The notes under the pieces were generated by a model that was not told the DNA's origin, did no database searches, and saw nothing but the letters and a program-made list of their open reading frames with translations. A stretch of DNA of 64,000 nucleotides from an uncultured Candidatus Rokubacteria bacterium (lineage in GTDB: Bacteria; Methylomirabilota; Methylomirabilia; Rokubacteriales; CSP1-6): positions 861,745 through 925,744 of the forward strand of contig CAVWFS010000019.1 of assembly GCA_963754315.1 (NCBI GenBank), read 5' to 3'. Positions 48,879 through 57,376 of the stretch are shown here, in pieces. Every line of letters begins with the position of its first letter. The stretch's first letter is position 1. The position numbers were made by a program, and so were the translations under genes.

Positions 48879-50195
48879 TCACCAACTGAGCCCTACGTAC
48901 TGTGCCCGAAGATTCGCGCGCTCTCTGATGTTTACGAGGTCAAGCACGATCTGGTCCGGGCGAGCGTGTCTAGCCAGGCCCGTGATGGTCTCGGGGTCAT
49001 TGAGCCCGACCACGAGGATGTCGGAATCGACGATCACCTTCTCGATGTCGCGGCGTAGGAGGCAGCCGATGTGCGGTACGTGCTGTTCGATAAACCTCCG
49101 GTTAGCCCCGAGCAGGCTCGACAGGTGCACGTCGGGGTCGTACACGAGCAGCCCCAGCCCCTTACCAATGAAGTGTTCGGCGAGCAAAACCAATGGGCTC
49201 TCACGCAGGTCGTCGGTCCCGGCCTTGAACGATAGCCCAATCATCCCAACCCGTCGCCTTCCTGACGACATCACCTTCGCGATAGCATGGTCGAGGTGGA
49301 GGCGATTCGATGGCAATATAGCCGCCAGCATCGGGAGTTCCACGTCGCGCATCTTGGCCAGATATGTGGTGGCCCGGAGATCCTTCGGTAGGCAAGACCC
49401 ACCGAACGCGAACCCCGGCTTCAAGTACGCCGGCGATATGTTGAGCTGTGTGTCACGGCAGACCAAGTCCATGACTTCGAAGGCGTCGACGCCTAGTGCC
49501 TCGCACAACCGTGCCGTCTCATTGGCGAACGTGATCTTAAGTGCGTGAAAATTGTTACAGCAATACTTGACCATCTCCGCGGCCCGAATCGACGTCGCGT
49601 AGAACTGGCCGGGCAAATGACCGAAGAGGGCCCGTAGTGTCTCCGTGGCCACTGCTGAGCGGGCCCCGACAATGGTAAACGGGGGCCGGTCATAGTCTCG
49701 GATCGAGGTCCCCTCCCGCAGAAACTCTGGCTGGAAGCACACGTGGAATCCCTCTCCCTCCTTCTTACCCGACTCCTTCTCGAGAATTGGCAGCAGGATT
49801 TCTTCCACCGTGCCAGGGACGAGCGTCGAACGGAACACGACGACGTGGGGAAACGCCGTTGCTTGCATGGCCAGACCGATGTCGTGCGCGACGCGTAGCA
49901 GCGCCGACTGGTCCTGGCTGCCATTGGCGGCGGCAGGCGTCCCCACACAGACCAACGACATCTGACTGGCCTTAAGCGCGACCTCGGCGTGCTGGGTAAC
50001 GGCCACACGACCGCTGGCCACGGCTTGAGCCATGAGGTCGACCATTCCCTCTTCGACCACCGGCGTGCGACCGTCCGCGATGAGGTCAAGCTTGGCCTGA
50101 TCGACATCGACGCCAATTACCTCGTGCCCGTCACGACTCAAGCATGCGAGTGACACCGCCCCGACATAACCGAGACCGAACACACTGATCTTCAC
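48879..50195 (-). CDS. Nucleotide-sugar dehydrogenase (GDP-mannose/UDP-glucose 6-dehydrogenase, AlgD-like)
   Basis: ISVFGLGYVG, CVGTP, RST, PEFLREG, GFAFGGSCLPKD, GLSFKAGTDDLRESP. Confidence 0.93.
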   Translation of the reverse strand: MKISVFGLGYVGAVSLACLSRDGHEVIGVDVDQAKLDLIADGRTPVVEEGMVDLMAQAVASGRVAVTQHAEVALKASQMSLVCVGTPAAANGSQDQSALLRVAHDIGLAMQATAFPHVVVFRSTLVPGTVEEILLPILEKESGKKEGEGFHVCFQPEFLREGTSIRDYDRPPFTIVGARSAVATETLRALFGHLPGQFYATSIRAAEMVKYCCNNFHALKITFANETARLCEALGVDAFEVMDLVCRDTQLNISPAYLKPGFAFGGSCLPKDLRATTYLAKMRDVELPMLAAILPSNRLHLDHAIAKVMSSGRRRVGMIGLSFKAGTDDLRESPLVLLAEHFIGKGLGLLVYDPDVHLSSLLGANRRFIEQHVPHIGCLLRRDIEKVIVDSDILVVGLNDPETITGLARHARPDQIVLDLVNIRERANLRAQYVGLSW

Positions 50196-51424
50196 GACGC
50201 GCGTTCTCCTTGCAGTTCCTTCGCCTGACTCCAGCCCTGGTGCCTCGACAAACACCGCTCGATCATTGCATCCAGGCGGCGCATCGAGTGATCCCACGCG
50301 TGATGTGTCAGCATCCGCCGGCGGCCGGCCACTGATAGACGGTGACGCTCAGTGGCATCATCGAGGATGCGCACGATGGCGCGTACATAATCATCGGGCG
50401 TCTGCGCCACCAAAAAGTGATCATTATCGAGTGCATCGACGCCGGCCGCCGCCATCCGGCTCGTGACCACCGGTACTCCCAGCGCCATCGATTCGAGGAT
50501 CTTGTTTTGCGTACCGCGGGCGATGTTGAGCGGCGCCACCATGAGAGCAGAACGGTGAAGATAGGGGCGCACGTCGCTCACGGAGCCGGTCACGGTGACG
50601 CCAGGGATCTCGGCCAGCCGGCGGACCGCGGACGACGGATCGGCCCCGACGATCACCAGCTTGACACGTGGGCGTCGGGCGCGCAGAAGTGGGAGCGTGC
50701 GCGCGCAAAAATCAAGCATACATTCCTGATTTGGGAAGTAGTCCATGCGGCCGACGAACGAGATCATGTCGGTGTCGTACGGCTCTTCGCGAGGCGCAAA
50801 GTAGGTGCCGTCGACACCGTTCGGGAACCAATCCGTCGCCACGCCGACTGAGTACCCCTCCAGGGTCTCCCATTCGGCCCGCGTGGTGGCTGTGCAGAGG
50901 TCAAAGTGCCGAGCCAGGCGCTTCTCCAAACGTTCGAGCTTGCGCCCCTCCAGCCAATAACCGGCTGCCAGTGGGAACGGCTTAAAGCGAGCATAATCGA
51001 GCCACTTCTGCGAGTCCATGTCACCGAAGTCGAGGATCTTTGGCATGCCGCGCAGCCCCGCCACGTACGGCGCCACCGAGGAGCAGTGGACGAAAACCAG
51101 GTCGAACCTCTCCTGCTTACCAAGCACGCGGATCCGGCGGGCGAGATGGCCAGAGTGAAAATAGCCCACCGACGACGGCACCGGCGTTGGCAGGCGCGTC
51201 AGCATCCGGCCCCACTGCACCGCTTCGCGTACCACGGCCATCTCGAAGCGTGCGCAGTGGGGGGCGATACCGCGTCCCTCCTCGGCTTCGGCCGTGGAGC
51301 GGGCCAACGAGCATACGGTGACCTCGTGTTTCTGAGCCAGGTGGCGGATCGTGTTAAACGGTCTGATCTTGCCCCCGCGTTTGGGTGGAAAAGGGAAGCG
51401 GTGGCAGACGTAGAGAATTTTCAC
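50192..51424 (-). CDS. Glycosyltransferase family 4 (PEP-CTERM/XrtA sugar transferase type)
   Basis: HRFPFPPKRGGKIR, DFGDMDSQKW, FVGRMDYFPN, IARGTQNKILE. Confidence 0.92.
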   Translation of the reverse strand: MKILYVCHRFPFPPKRGGKIRPFNTIRHLAQKHEVTVCSLARSTAEAEEGRGIAPHCARFEMAVVREAVQWGRMLTRLPTPVPSSVGYFHSGHLARRIRVLGKQERFDLVFVHCSSVAPYVAGLRGMPKILDFGDMDSQKWLDYARFKPFPLAAGYWLEGRKLERLEKRLARHFDLCTATTRAEWETLEGYSVGVATDWFPNGVDGTYFAPREEPYDTDMISFVGRMDYFPNQECMLDFCARTLPLLRARRPRVKLVIVGADPSSAVRRLAEIPGVTVTGSVSDVRPYLHRSALMVAPLNIARGTQNKILESMALGVPVVTSRMAAAGVDALDNDHFLVAQTPDDYVRAIVRILDDATERHRLSVAGRRRMLTHHAWDHSMRRLDAMIERCLSRHQGWSQAKELQGERAS

Positions 51425-53343
51425 GTGGCCTCCTTGAGCTCCGCAGTGACGTCCTCGACATCCCGGCGGTCGAGGAAGATTCGCGCCCAGATCTCGAGGG
51501 CAAGCATCGCCACCAGACGGTCGGTACCGTCGATCCGCCGCGTTTCATGGGCCGCAATCAGCGTGCGCACTGCGTCGTAGCGGAACAGGCCACGAGCGGC
51601 CACGGCCGATTCCGACAACAGGAGACGTACCACGGGCACCAAGTCGCTCTTAAGCCATGCCCCCATCGGCGTGCCGAAACCGCGCTTCTCACGCTCGAGG
51701 ATGTCGTTCGGCAGGAGGCCTGTCACCGCCTGCTTCATCGCATGCTTGAGACGCCCTCCCCGGATCTTGATTCCTTGCGGCATACGGGCGGCGAGTTCCA
51801 CGAGCTCATGGTCGAGAAGCGGAACCCGGCACTCGAGTGAAGTGGCCATCGACATTTTGTCGGTCAAGTGCAGCAGGTCGTCGGGGAGTTGGGTGGCCGC
51901 GTCGACGGCCAGAATCCGATTGAGGGAATCGCTGCCAGAAGTCTGGTCGAAGGCGTCGGTCACCGCATCCCATCGTCCGCTACCGTTCTCGAGCAAGAGG
52001 GCTTCCATCTCGTTGTCGGAGAAGACCTCAACATACGACCGATAACGATGCTCGAAGGGCAAGCCCGCCGTTGCTGCGAAGCCCTTGGCCAACCGTGCCA
52101 GGTTCAGGAGACGACCGTGGCGATCGCTTGGAAGCCTCTCGCCCACTGCGGCCGCCGCCCGAACCGCCCAGCGCGGTAGGCGATCGAGACGTGCCAGGTA
52201 GTAGTCTCCGAGATAGCGGCGGTAGCCCCCGAACAGCTCATCGCCTCCCACTCCAGACAGGATCACCGTCACGTCTCGACGCGCAAACTCCGAAACGAGA
52301 TAGGTGGTCACAAACGCCGTGTCGGCGATCGGCTCATCCATGTGCCACAGCAGGTGCGGAAGCAACCCGACCACATCAGGCCGAACGATGATCTCGTGGT
52401 GATCCGTCCCGAACAGCCGAGCTACGCGCCGCGCGTACGGCAGCTCGTTGTACAGGCGCTCGGCCCGCCCCCCCGTGAAGCCGATTGCATAGGTCTTGAT
52501 TGGCCGGCTGCTGTGGGCGGCCATGAAAGCGACCACGGTGCTGGAGTCGACTCCCCCGGAAAGGAAGGCGCCAATGGGAACATCACTCACCATCTGCATA
52601 CGCACGGAATGCTCGAGTCGGGAGCGGAGGCGTTCGGTCCACTCGGCTTCGCTCGTGTGATGGTCAATATCGCTAGGAATGCGCCAGTAGCGCCGCTCCT
52701 CAAGGCCGCCGCCTTCGATCGTGAGCAAGGTCGCGGGAGGAAGCTTGCGGATGGCGCGGAACATGGAATGCGGCCCCGGAACGTAGCCCAGGCTTAAATA
52801 CGAGTGAAGCGCAGTATAGTCCAGCGCGGCCGTCACTCCCGGCAACGCTAAGATAGCTTTCGCCTCACTGGCGAAGATGAAATGCTGGCCCTTCTGATGG
52901 AGGTAAATCGGCTTGATGCCGAGCCGGTCGCGTCCGATGAGGAGTCGGCGACGTCTCCCGTCCCATAGTGCAAAGACGAACATGCCGTTCAAGTGACGAA
53001 CAAATTCGTCGCCGTACTCCGCATAAAGGTGGATGAGGACTTCGCAGTCCGAGTTGGTCTGGAAGCGGTGTCCCCTCGGTTCCAGGACGCTTCGAAGCTC
53101 TCGGAAGTTATAGATCTCGCCGTTGCAAACGAGCGTTAGAGTTTTGTCGTGGTTGGACAGCGGTTGGCGGCCACCGGCGACATCGATGATCGATAGCCTG
53201 CGCATGCCAATTGCGCAGGGCCCATCGACGAACTGTCCTTCATCATCAGGGCCCCGGTGCACCATCACCTGACCCATGGTGGACAGCCACTCGTCAGGAG
53301 CAGGCCCGTCGTCAAGCCGGAGAATGCCGTAGATACCGCACAT
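51421..53343 (-). CDS. asnB: Asparagine synthase family amidotransferase
   Basis: MCGIYG, HRGPDD, NGEIYNF, LSGGVDSS, SGVGGDELFGGY, KRGFGTP. Confidence 0.93.
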   Translation of the reverse strand: MCGIYGILRLDDGPAPDEWLSTMGQVMVHRGPDDEGQFVDGPCAIGMRRLSIIDVAGGRQPLSNHDKTLTLVCNGEIYNFRELRSVLEPRGHRFQTNSDCEVLIHLYAEYGDEFVRHLNGMFVFALWDGRRRRLLIGRDRLGIKPIYLHQKGQHFIFASEAKAILALPGVTAALDYTALHSYLSLGYVPGPHSMFRAIRKLPPATLLTIEGGGLEERRYWRIPSDIDHHTSEAEWTERLRSRLEHSVRMQMVSDVPIGAFLSGGVDSSTVVAFMAAHSSRPIKTYAIGFTGGRAERLYNELPYARRVARLFGTDHHEIIVRPDVVGLLPHLLWHMDEPIADTAFVTTYLVSEFARRDVTVILSGVGGDELFGGYRRYLGDYYLARLDRLPRWAVRAAAAVGERLPSDRHGRLLNLARLAKGFAATAGLPFEHRYRSYVEVFSDNEMEALLLENGSGRWDAVTDAFDQTSGSDSLNRILAVDAATQLPDDLLHLTDKMSMATSLECRVPLLDHELVELAARMPQGIKIRGGRLKHAMKQAVTGLLPNDILEREKRGFGTPMGAWLKSDLVPVVRLLLSESAVAARGLFRYDAVRTLIAAHETRRIDGTDRLVAMLALEIWARIFLDRRDVEDVTAELKEAT

Positions 53344-53527
53344 GATGTCCTGGGTTAGCGCTCGACCGGCTCACGTCGACATGCTAGCGTTGCCGAGTTC
53401 GCGAAACGTCGATGCATCAGGAGTCTGGGATGCTCACCCCTTAGCCCCGCCGGGACGCCCAAAAGCCCACATCTGCAGGTCCTCACACCACTGCCACGCT
53501 TCGATGTCATCCTTGAGGGGTCTTGGT

Positions 53528-53543
53528 GCAAAGATGAGGCCTA
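53528..53543 (-). promoter_or_regulatory. Candidate sigma-54 promoter of the minus-strand EPS operon
   Basis: TAGGCCTCATCTTTGC: GG-N10-GC with TTGC in the intergenic region. Confidence 0.3.
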
Positions 53544-53894
53544 AGACAGTGGGGATGGCAGACAGCAGTGTTCCGAGATCCTGGATTCTGCGAGCAGCGG
53601 GACTCTGCAATGTTTGCGTAGCGTCCAACACAGAAAGTGCTTGTGGAAGCGGAGTCTGCCGTCCCCGGACCCCTCCGGCGGGTTGTGCCGGACGTGTACT
53701 TAGCTAAGGGCGTCACTACCTGACGGCCGCCGGACTCGGCGTCGCCGGTGACTCTGTGTCAGACGCCTACCAGCTTGGACCGCAGACGCTACTCATTATT
53801 GGACAGATTGGGCACATCGGGATGGACCGGACTGGGCGACCTCGGTGGAGGTGATGTGGCCATTTTGCCACACCGAACAACTGCCTCGAACGGA

Positions 53895-54170
53895 TCAGTC
53901 AAATTTCCAGTCGGTACCCGCCGACCGGGGTGAGCCGCTCGCCACCACGGTCGCCCCGTTCATAAGCCAGATGTAGACACCCCGGAACTGTGCCGCCACA
54001 GAATGTCCGCCCTGCCGTCCACGTTGAAGCCGGCAACGCCCTGGATGCCCCAGTCCGTTACAAACCGTGCCCCAGCGACCCGCTGGCCGCGATACTCGGG
54101 CCGTTCATCAGCCAGAGGTGGCCAGCGCCAGAGCGGTACCGCCACAGGTCCGGCCGTCCCCGCTGAAGTC
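53895..54170 (-). pseudogene. Decayed FG-GAP/VCBS-like repeat pair downstream of the module A gene
   Basis: Frame-broken DFSGDGR..LWRYRSG..LWLMNG and DWGIQGVAGFNVDGRADILWRHSSG..YIWLMNG. Confidence 0.7.
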
Positions 54171-55317
54171 AAAAAACGCGCAAGGATTCAGGGGCTGGCG
54201 GCGGGTCCGGCGCAAGGGATGGTGGCAGGCCGTTGAGACGAAGCGCGTAGGCATTCACATTTGCGCCAGTTACCGTCACGAACACGCCCGCCTCTGGTAC
54301 ATACCCCCACCGACCGAACGTCCCGTTCTCTGGCGCCGCCCCCGGGCCGCCGCTCAACGTTTGCGTAGTCCACGCCTGCGTGTCCATGTTCAGGCTGTAC
54401 ACCGTGCCTCCACCAACCCATACCACCATTCGATCCGAGCCGGGATCATAGGCGATACCCGGAGACAAGGCGTTGACCACGGCCGCTTCGCCTGTCCATC
54501 TCTGCGCGTTGTACATGCTTCCGGGGCCAATGTCATAGACCATCAGCCCGCCGTGGTTGCTAGCTGTCCCTCCGATGATGACTAGTCTCTTCCGGACGGG
54601 GTCAACCGCCGCCATCATGTGGTAGTCGATGAAGTTGCCACTGGCCAGTCGTTCGTAGCTGTTCGTCTCGAACGTATACGCATAGAGATCGTGCGCGTCG
54701 TGCAGAAATACTTTTCTCGAATTCGGATCGTAGGCGGCGACGATTCCCGCGTCGTAGCGCGGCTGGGGCCCCGAGGGGTTCATCCGTTGCCAAGTCAGGG
54801 ACGTGAAGCTGAACGTCCACGTGTCGCCTCCAAAGTTCCCGGGACCGCACGCTAAGCTACCACCATAGACGAACAGCCGATCCGCGTGCTCGATGTACGC
54901 TACTCCACCGTACGTGTGGCGGGCATTCGGCCGTCCGTCGGCCAACGCCTCAGGGCAGGTCGGCGTACTAATCGGCAAGTTCGGTGGACTGGGGTCCGTC
55001 AGCCGCTGCATTGTTCGCGTTCCAACATCAAGCGCATAGATCTCGTTGCCCGCGTAGTCTCGATGCCCGCCCCCCCAAATGATCAGCCGGCTGCGCCGCG
55101 TGTCCACCGTCCCTCCGTTCCAAGCGAGGATCACGTTCTTGCAAAAGCTCTTGAACTCGTACTCCGGCGAGTTCGGCGGACACACTGTCTGCAGCTTCGT
55201 ATTGGCCAGCTCGGACCAGCCCGACGCAAAGGTTTGGGCTTCCGTCTGTCCGGAGATCAGAAGGACCGCCCCGAGCACTAGCCAGTGAACGAGACAGACT
55301 GATATCATCCTAATCAC
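54169..55317 (-). CDS. Secreted stand-alone module A protein with PPPAPESLRVF tail
   Basis: Signal peptide; WGGGHRDYAGNE, DGRPNARHTYGG, IDYHM, NGTFGRWGY. Confidence 0.85.
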   Translation of the reverse strand: MIRMISVCLVHWLVLGAVLLISGQTEAQTFASGWSELANTKLQTVCPPNSPEYEFKSFCKNVILAWNGGTVDTRRSRLIIWGGGHRDYAGNEIYALDVGTRTMQRLTDPSPPNLPISTPTCPEALADGRPNARHTYGGVAYIEHADRLFVYGGSLACGPGNFGGDTWTFSFTSLTWQRMNPSGPQPRYDAGIVAAYDPNSRKVFLHDAHDLYAYTFETNSYERLASGNFIDYHMMAAVDPVRKRLVIIGGTASNHGGLMVYDIGPGSMYNAQRWTGEAAVVNALSPGIAYDPGSDRMVVWVGGGTVYSLNMDTQAWTTQTLSGGPGAAPENGTFGRWGYVPEAGVFVTVTGANVNAYALRLNGLPPSLAPDPPPAPESLRVF

Positions 55318-55424
55318 TTACCGAGTCACTTCCTGAGGTTCGCCGTCCGGAGACGACGCAGAACGAATGGCAGTAAGACGGATCCCCGCCACGCTAAGCT
55401 CCGGCTGTCGGAATGCGTCAAGTC

Positions 55425-55554
55425 AGTCAATATTCTAGTCGGTACCCGTCGTGAGCCGCTCACCACACCACGATCGCCCCGTTCATAAGTCAGATGTGGA
55501 CACCGCCGGAACTGTGTGCCACAGAATGTCCGCCTGGCCGTCCCCGCTGAAGTC
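55425..55554 (-). pseudogene. Decayed single FG-GAP/VCBS-like repeat downstream of the module B gene
   Basis: DFSGDGQADILW then frame-broken; DNA homologous to 53895-54170 with an internal deletion. Confidence 0.65.
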
Positions 55555-56800
55555 AAAAAACGCGCAAGGATTCAGGGGCTGGCGGCGGGCCCGGCGCATG
55601 CGGCAGGCCCGGCGCATAGCGGTACAGGTACATGTAGGGGTTCGCATCCGTCGTCCCCAGGAGTACCAGCACGTTCTGGTCCGGGTCGAACACCGCCGCG
55701 TGCCGCACGTGCGGCGTCAGCCCAGGCGGATCCGTCACCAGCGGTGGCGTCTCCCACTCCTGCGTGTCCGGGTGATAGACGTGCAGGATGCTCGTGTCCA
55801 TCCGGAAAAAGAACAGCACCCGGTGCAGGCTGTCCCACACCGCGTAGGCATCATTGTTGGCCGTATAGGCGATCGGGCCCCCCGGCACCGCCCCCAGGTC
55901 CTCGATCGTCCGCCCATCTACCCGGTAGCGATGCAGCCGCCCCGCAATCCCGTCGATCACATAGATCACCCGCTGCCCCCAGTCCGCCGCCAGCATCTCC
56001 TTAAAGATCCGGATGTCCTGCCCCACCGCGTTCAACCCCAGCAACTTCGCCGTCCACTGCCCGGCCGTAATGTCATAGATGTTCACCATCGCCCCGCGCG
56101 CCCCGTCCCACCCGAAGCGAATCAGACTGTCGGTCCCCGCGTCGTACACGCTCATCCACGTGTCCACGGCCGTCGGCCCAATGTCGCGCCCCCGGTCCTG
56201 CCAGCGCTGGGTCAGGTCCGGCTCGAAGGGATCAAAGGTCATCAGGTGATTAAATAGGTACTTCGGCGGATCGTCCGCCCAACTGGACGTGATGCCCGGG
56301 CAGACCACCGCTGCCGGGATCACAAACGTGCCCGGCACGCTCCAGAACACCCGCCGCTTGCTGTCCCACGTCCACCCCACATAGTCCGGCGATTTCGGCT
56401 GCCGGCCCCCCTCCGGCCCACAGTACGGGTACTCCTGCCGCCAGCCCGCGTTCCGGTCGTTCCGGCTCGCCCACCGCTCCGCAATCGACACCGAGTACAT
56501 GTCCTGCCGGTACGACGACCCCCCCACCGTCCCCCCAAAGTCGCCCCCCATCTGGTACAGCCGCCCGTCGATCGGGTTGTGCGCGTACGTCGAGTGCTTC
56601 GTCTCCCGCGCCGGCCCCCGGCCCCAGTCCGGCCGCTCCAGCGCTATGAAGACCCCACTTGGAATGTCGATCGGGGTCCCCGCCGCCGCGGCGCTGTTCC
56701 CAGGGGCGTCGCGAGCCACCGTCGTCAACATCAGCACGGCGGCACTCAAGATCAGGGACTGCAGAAGACGGACCGGACCTACCCTGATCACCCCAAACAT
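55553..56800 (-). CDS. Secreted stand-alone module B protein with PPPAPESLRVF tail
   Basis: Hydrophobic leader, then module B nearly identical to 34302-35370. Start uncertain (ORF open to 56947). Confidence 0.8.
   Translation of the reverse strand: MFGVIRVGPVRLLQSLILSAAVLMLTTVARDAPGNSAAAAGTPIDIPSGVFIALERPDWGRGPARETKHSTYAHNPIDGRLYQMGGDFGGTVGGSSYRQDMYSVSIAERWASRNDRNAGWRQEYPYCGPEGGRQPKSPDYVGWTWDSKRRVFWSVPGTFVIPAAVVCPGITSSWADDPPKYLFNHLMTFDPFEPDLTQRWQDRGRDIGPTAVDTWMSVYDAGTDSLIRFGWDGARGAMVNIYDITAGQWTAKLLGLNAVGQDIRIFKEMLAADWGQRVIYVIDGIAGRLHRYRVDGRTIEDLGAVPGGPIAYTANNDAYAVWDSLHRVLFFFRMDTSILHVYHPDTQEWETPPLVTDPPGLTPHVRHAAVFDPDQNVLVLLGTTDANPYMYLYRYAPGLPHAPGPPPAPESLRVF
55617..56682 (-). repeat. ~1.07-kb direct repeat, copy 2 (partner 34302-35370)
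   Basis: Few SNPs and one 3-bp indel (TTDTANP vs TTDANP). Confidence 0.9.
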
Positions 56801-56889
56801 CCATCTGGCAGTTCTGAGCACCACGACGCTTGCCTCCACACTCTTTGGATAAGAAGCTCCTCCTACGCTCATCGTCCGCGGCCGATCGA

Positions 56890-56905
56890 GCAATTCTCGT
56901 TCCCT
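56890..56905 (-). promoter_or_regulatory. Candidate sigma-54 promoter for the B/A gene pair
   Basis: AGGGAACGAGAATTGC: GG-N10-GC with TTGC. Confidence 0.3.
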
Positions 56906-57099
56906 TTCGGCAATAACGACCAGGCAGCTATTGGCGCGAGTTTTCACACCTGCAGGTCAGGGCTCTGTCACTATCCGCCGCCCTGATGTCAACTCACGTC
57001 AGCCAAGTGACAAACTGAACCCCTGAACCCGGGTTCCTAGCTCTGTCAAGGGGGATGTTCGGGCGCGTCCCAAGTTCGGTCTGTGAAAGTGAAAGGGAA

Positions 57100-57330
57100 A
57101 TTCCTGAGGGCGCCAGCGCGCAGCGGAGGATGAGGCGTCTTCGACGACGAATCAGGCTGATATACGCGGGTTGCCCGGAAGGGCCGAGCCGCATGACCGT
57201 GGTTCGTCGGGAGCTGCCTCCGTCTAGGAGCGCGAGTCGTCCCAATCCAAGGACCAGGCGTCGCATAGCTAGCGCGAGGGCTCTCCAATCGTGCCCGCAT
57301 CGCGCTGCGGCCGTCGCCGCTCAGGAATCT
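57100..57330 (-). ncRNA. Candidate bridge/seek RNA of the IS110-family element
   Basis: Non-coding region 3' of the transposase containing CTCCTAGAC, identical to the left junction. Boundaries inferred. Confidence 0.45.
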
Positions 57331-57376
57331 CGCCGTCACGGTTGTCCTCTGTTGTCCGCTGCTCCGCCCCCGTTGC

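Noticed and set aside
14245..53343. Lasso-peptide or other RiPP cluster suggested by AsnB-like and transglutaminase-like genes
   Set aside because: No precursor peptide or PqqD/RRE protein seen, and the context is entirely polysaccharide biosynthesis.
54169..55600. PPPAPES tail as a PEP-CTERM sorting signal
   Set aside because: Not followed by a transmembrane helix and basic cluster.
29477..56800. Diversity-generating retroelement explanation for the near-identical repeats
   Set aside because: No reverse transcriptase in the window. Repeats are 0.6-1.1 kb and differences are mostly synonymous and not adenine-specific.
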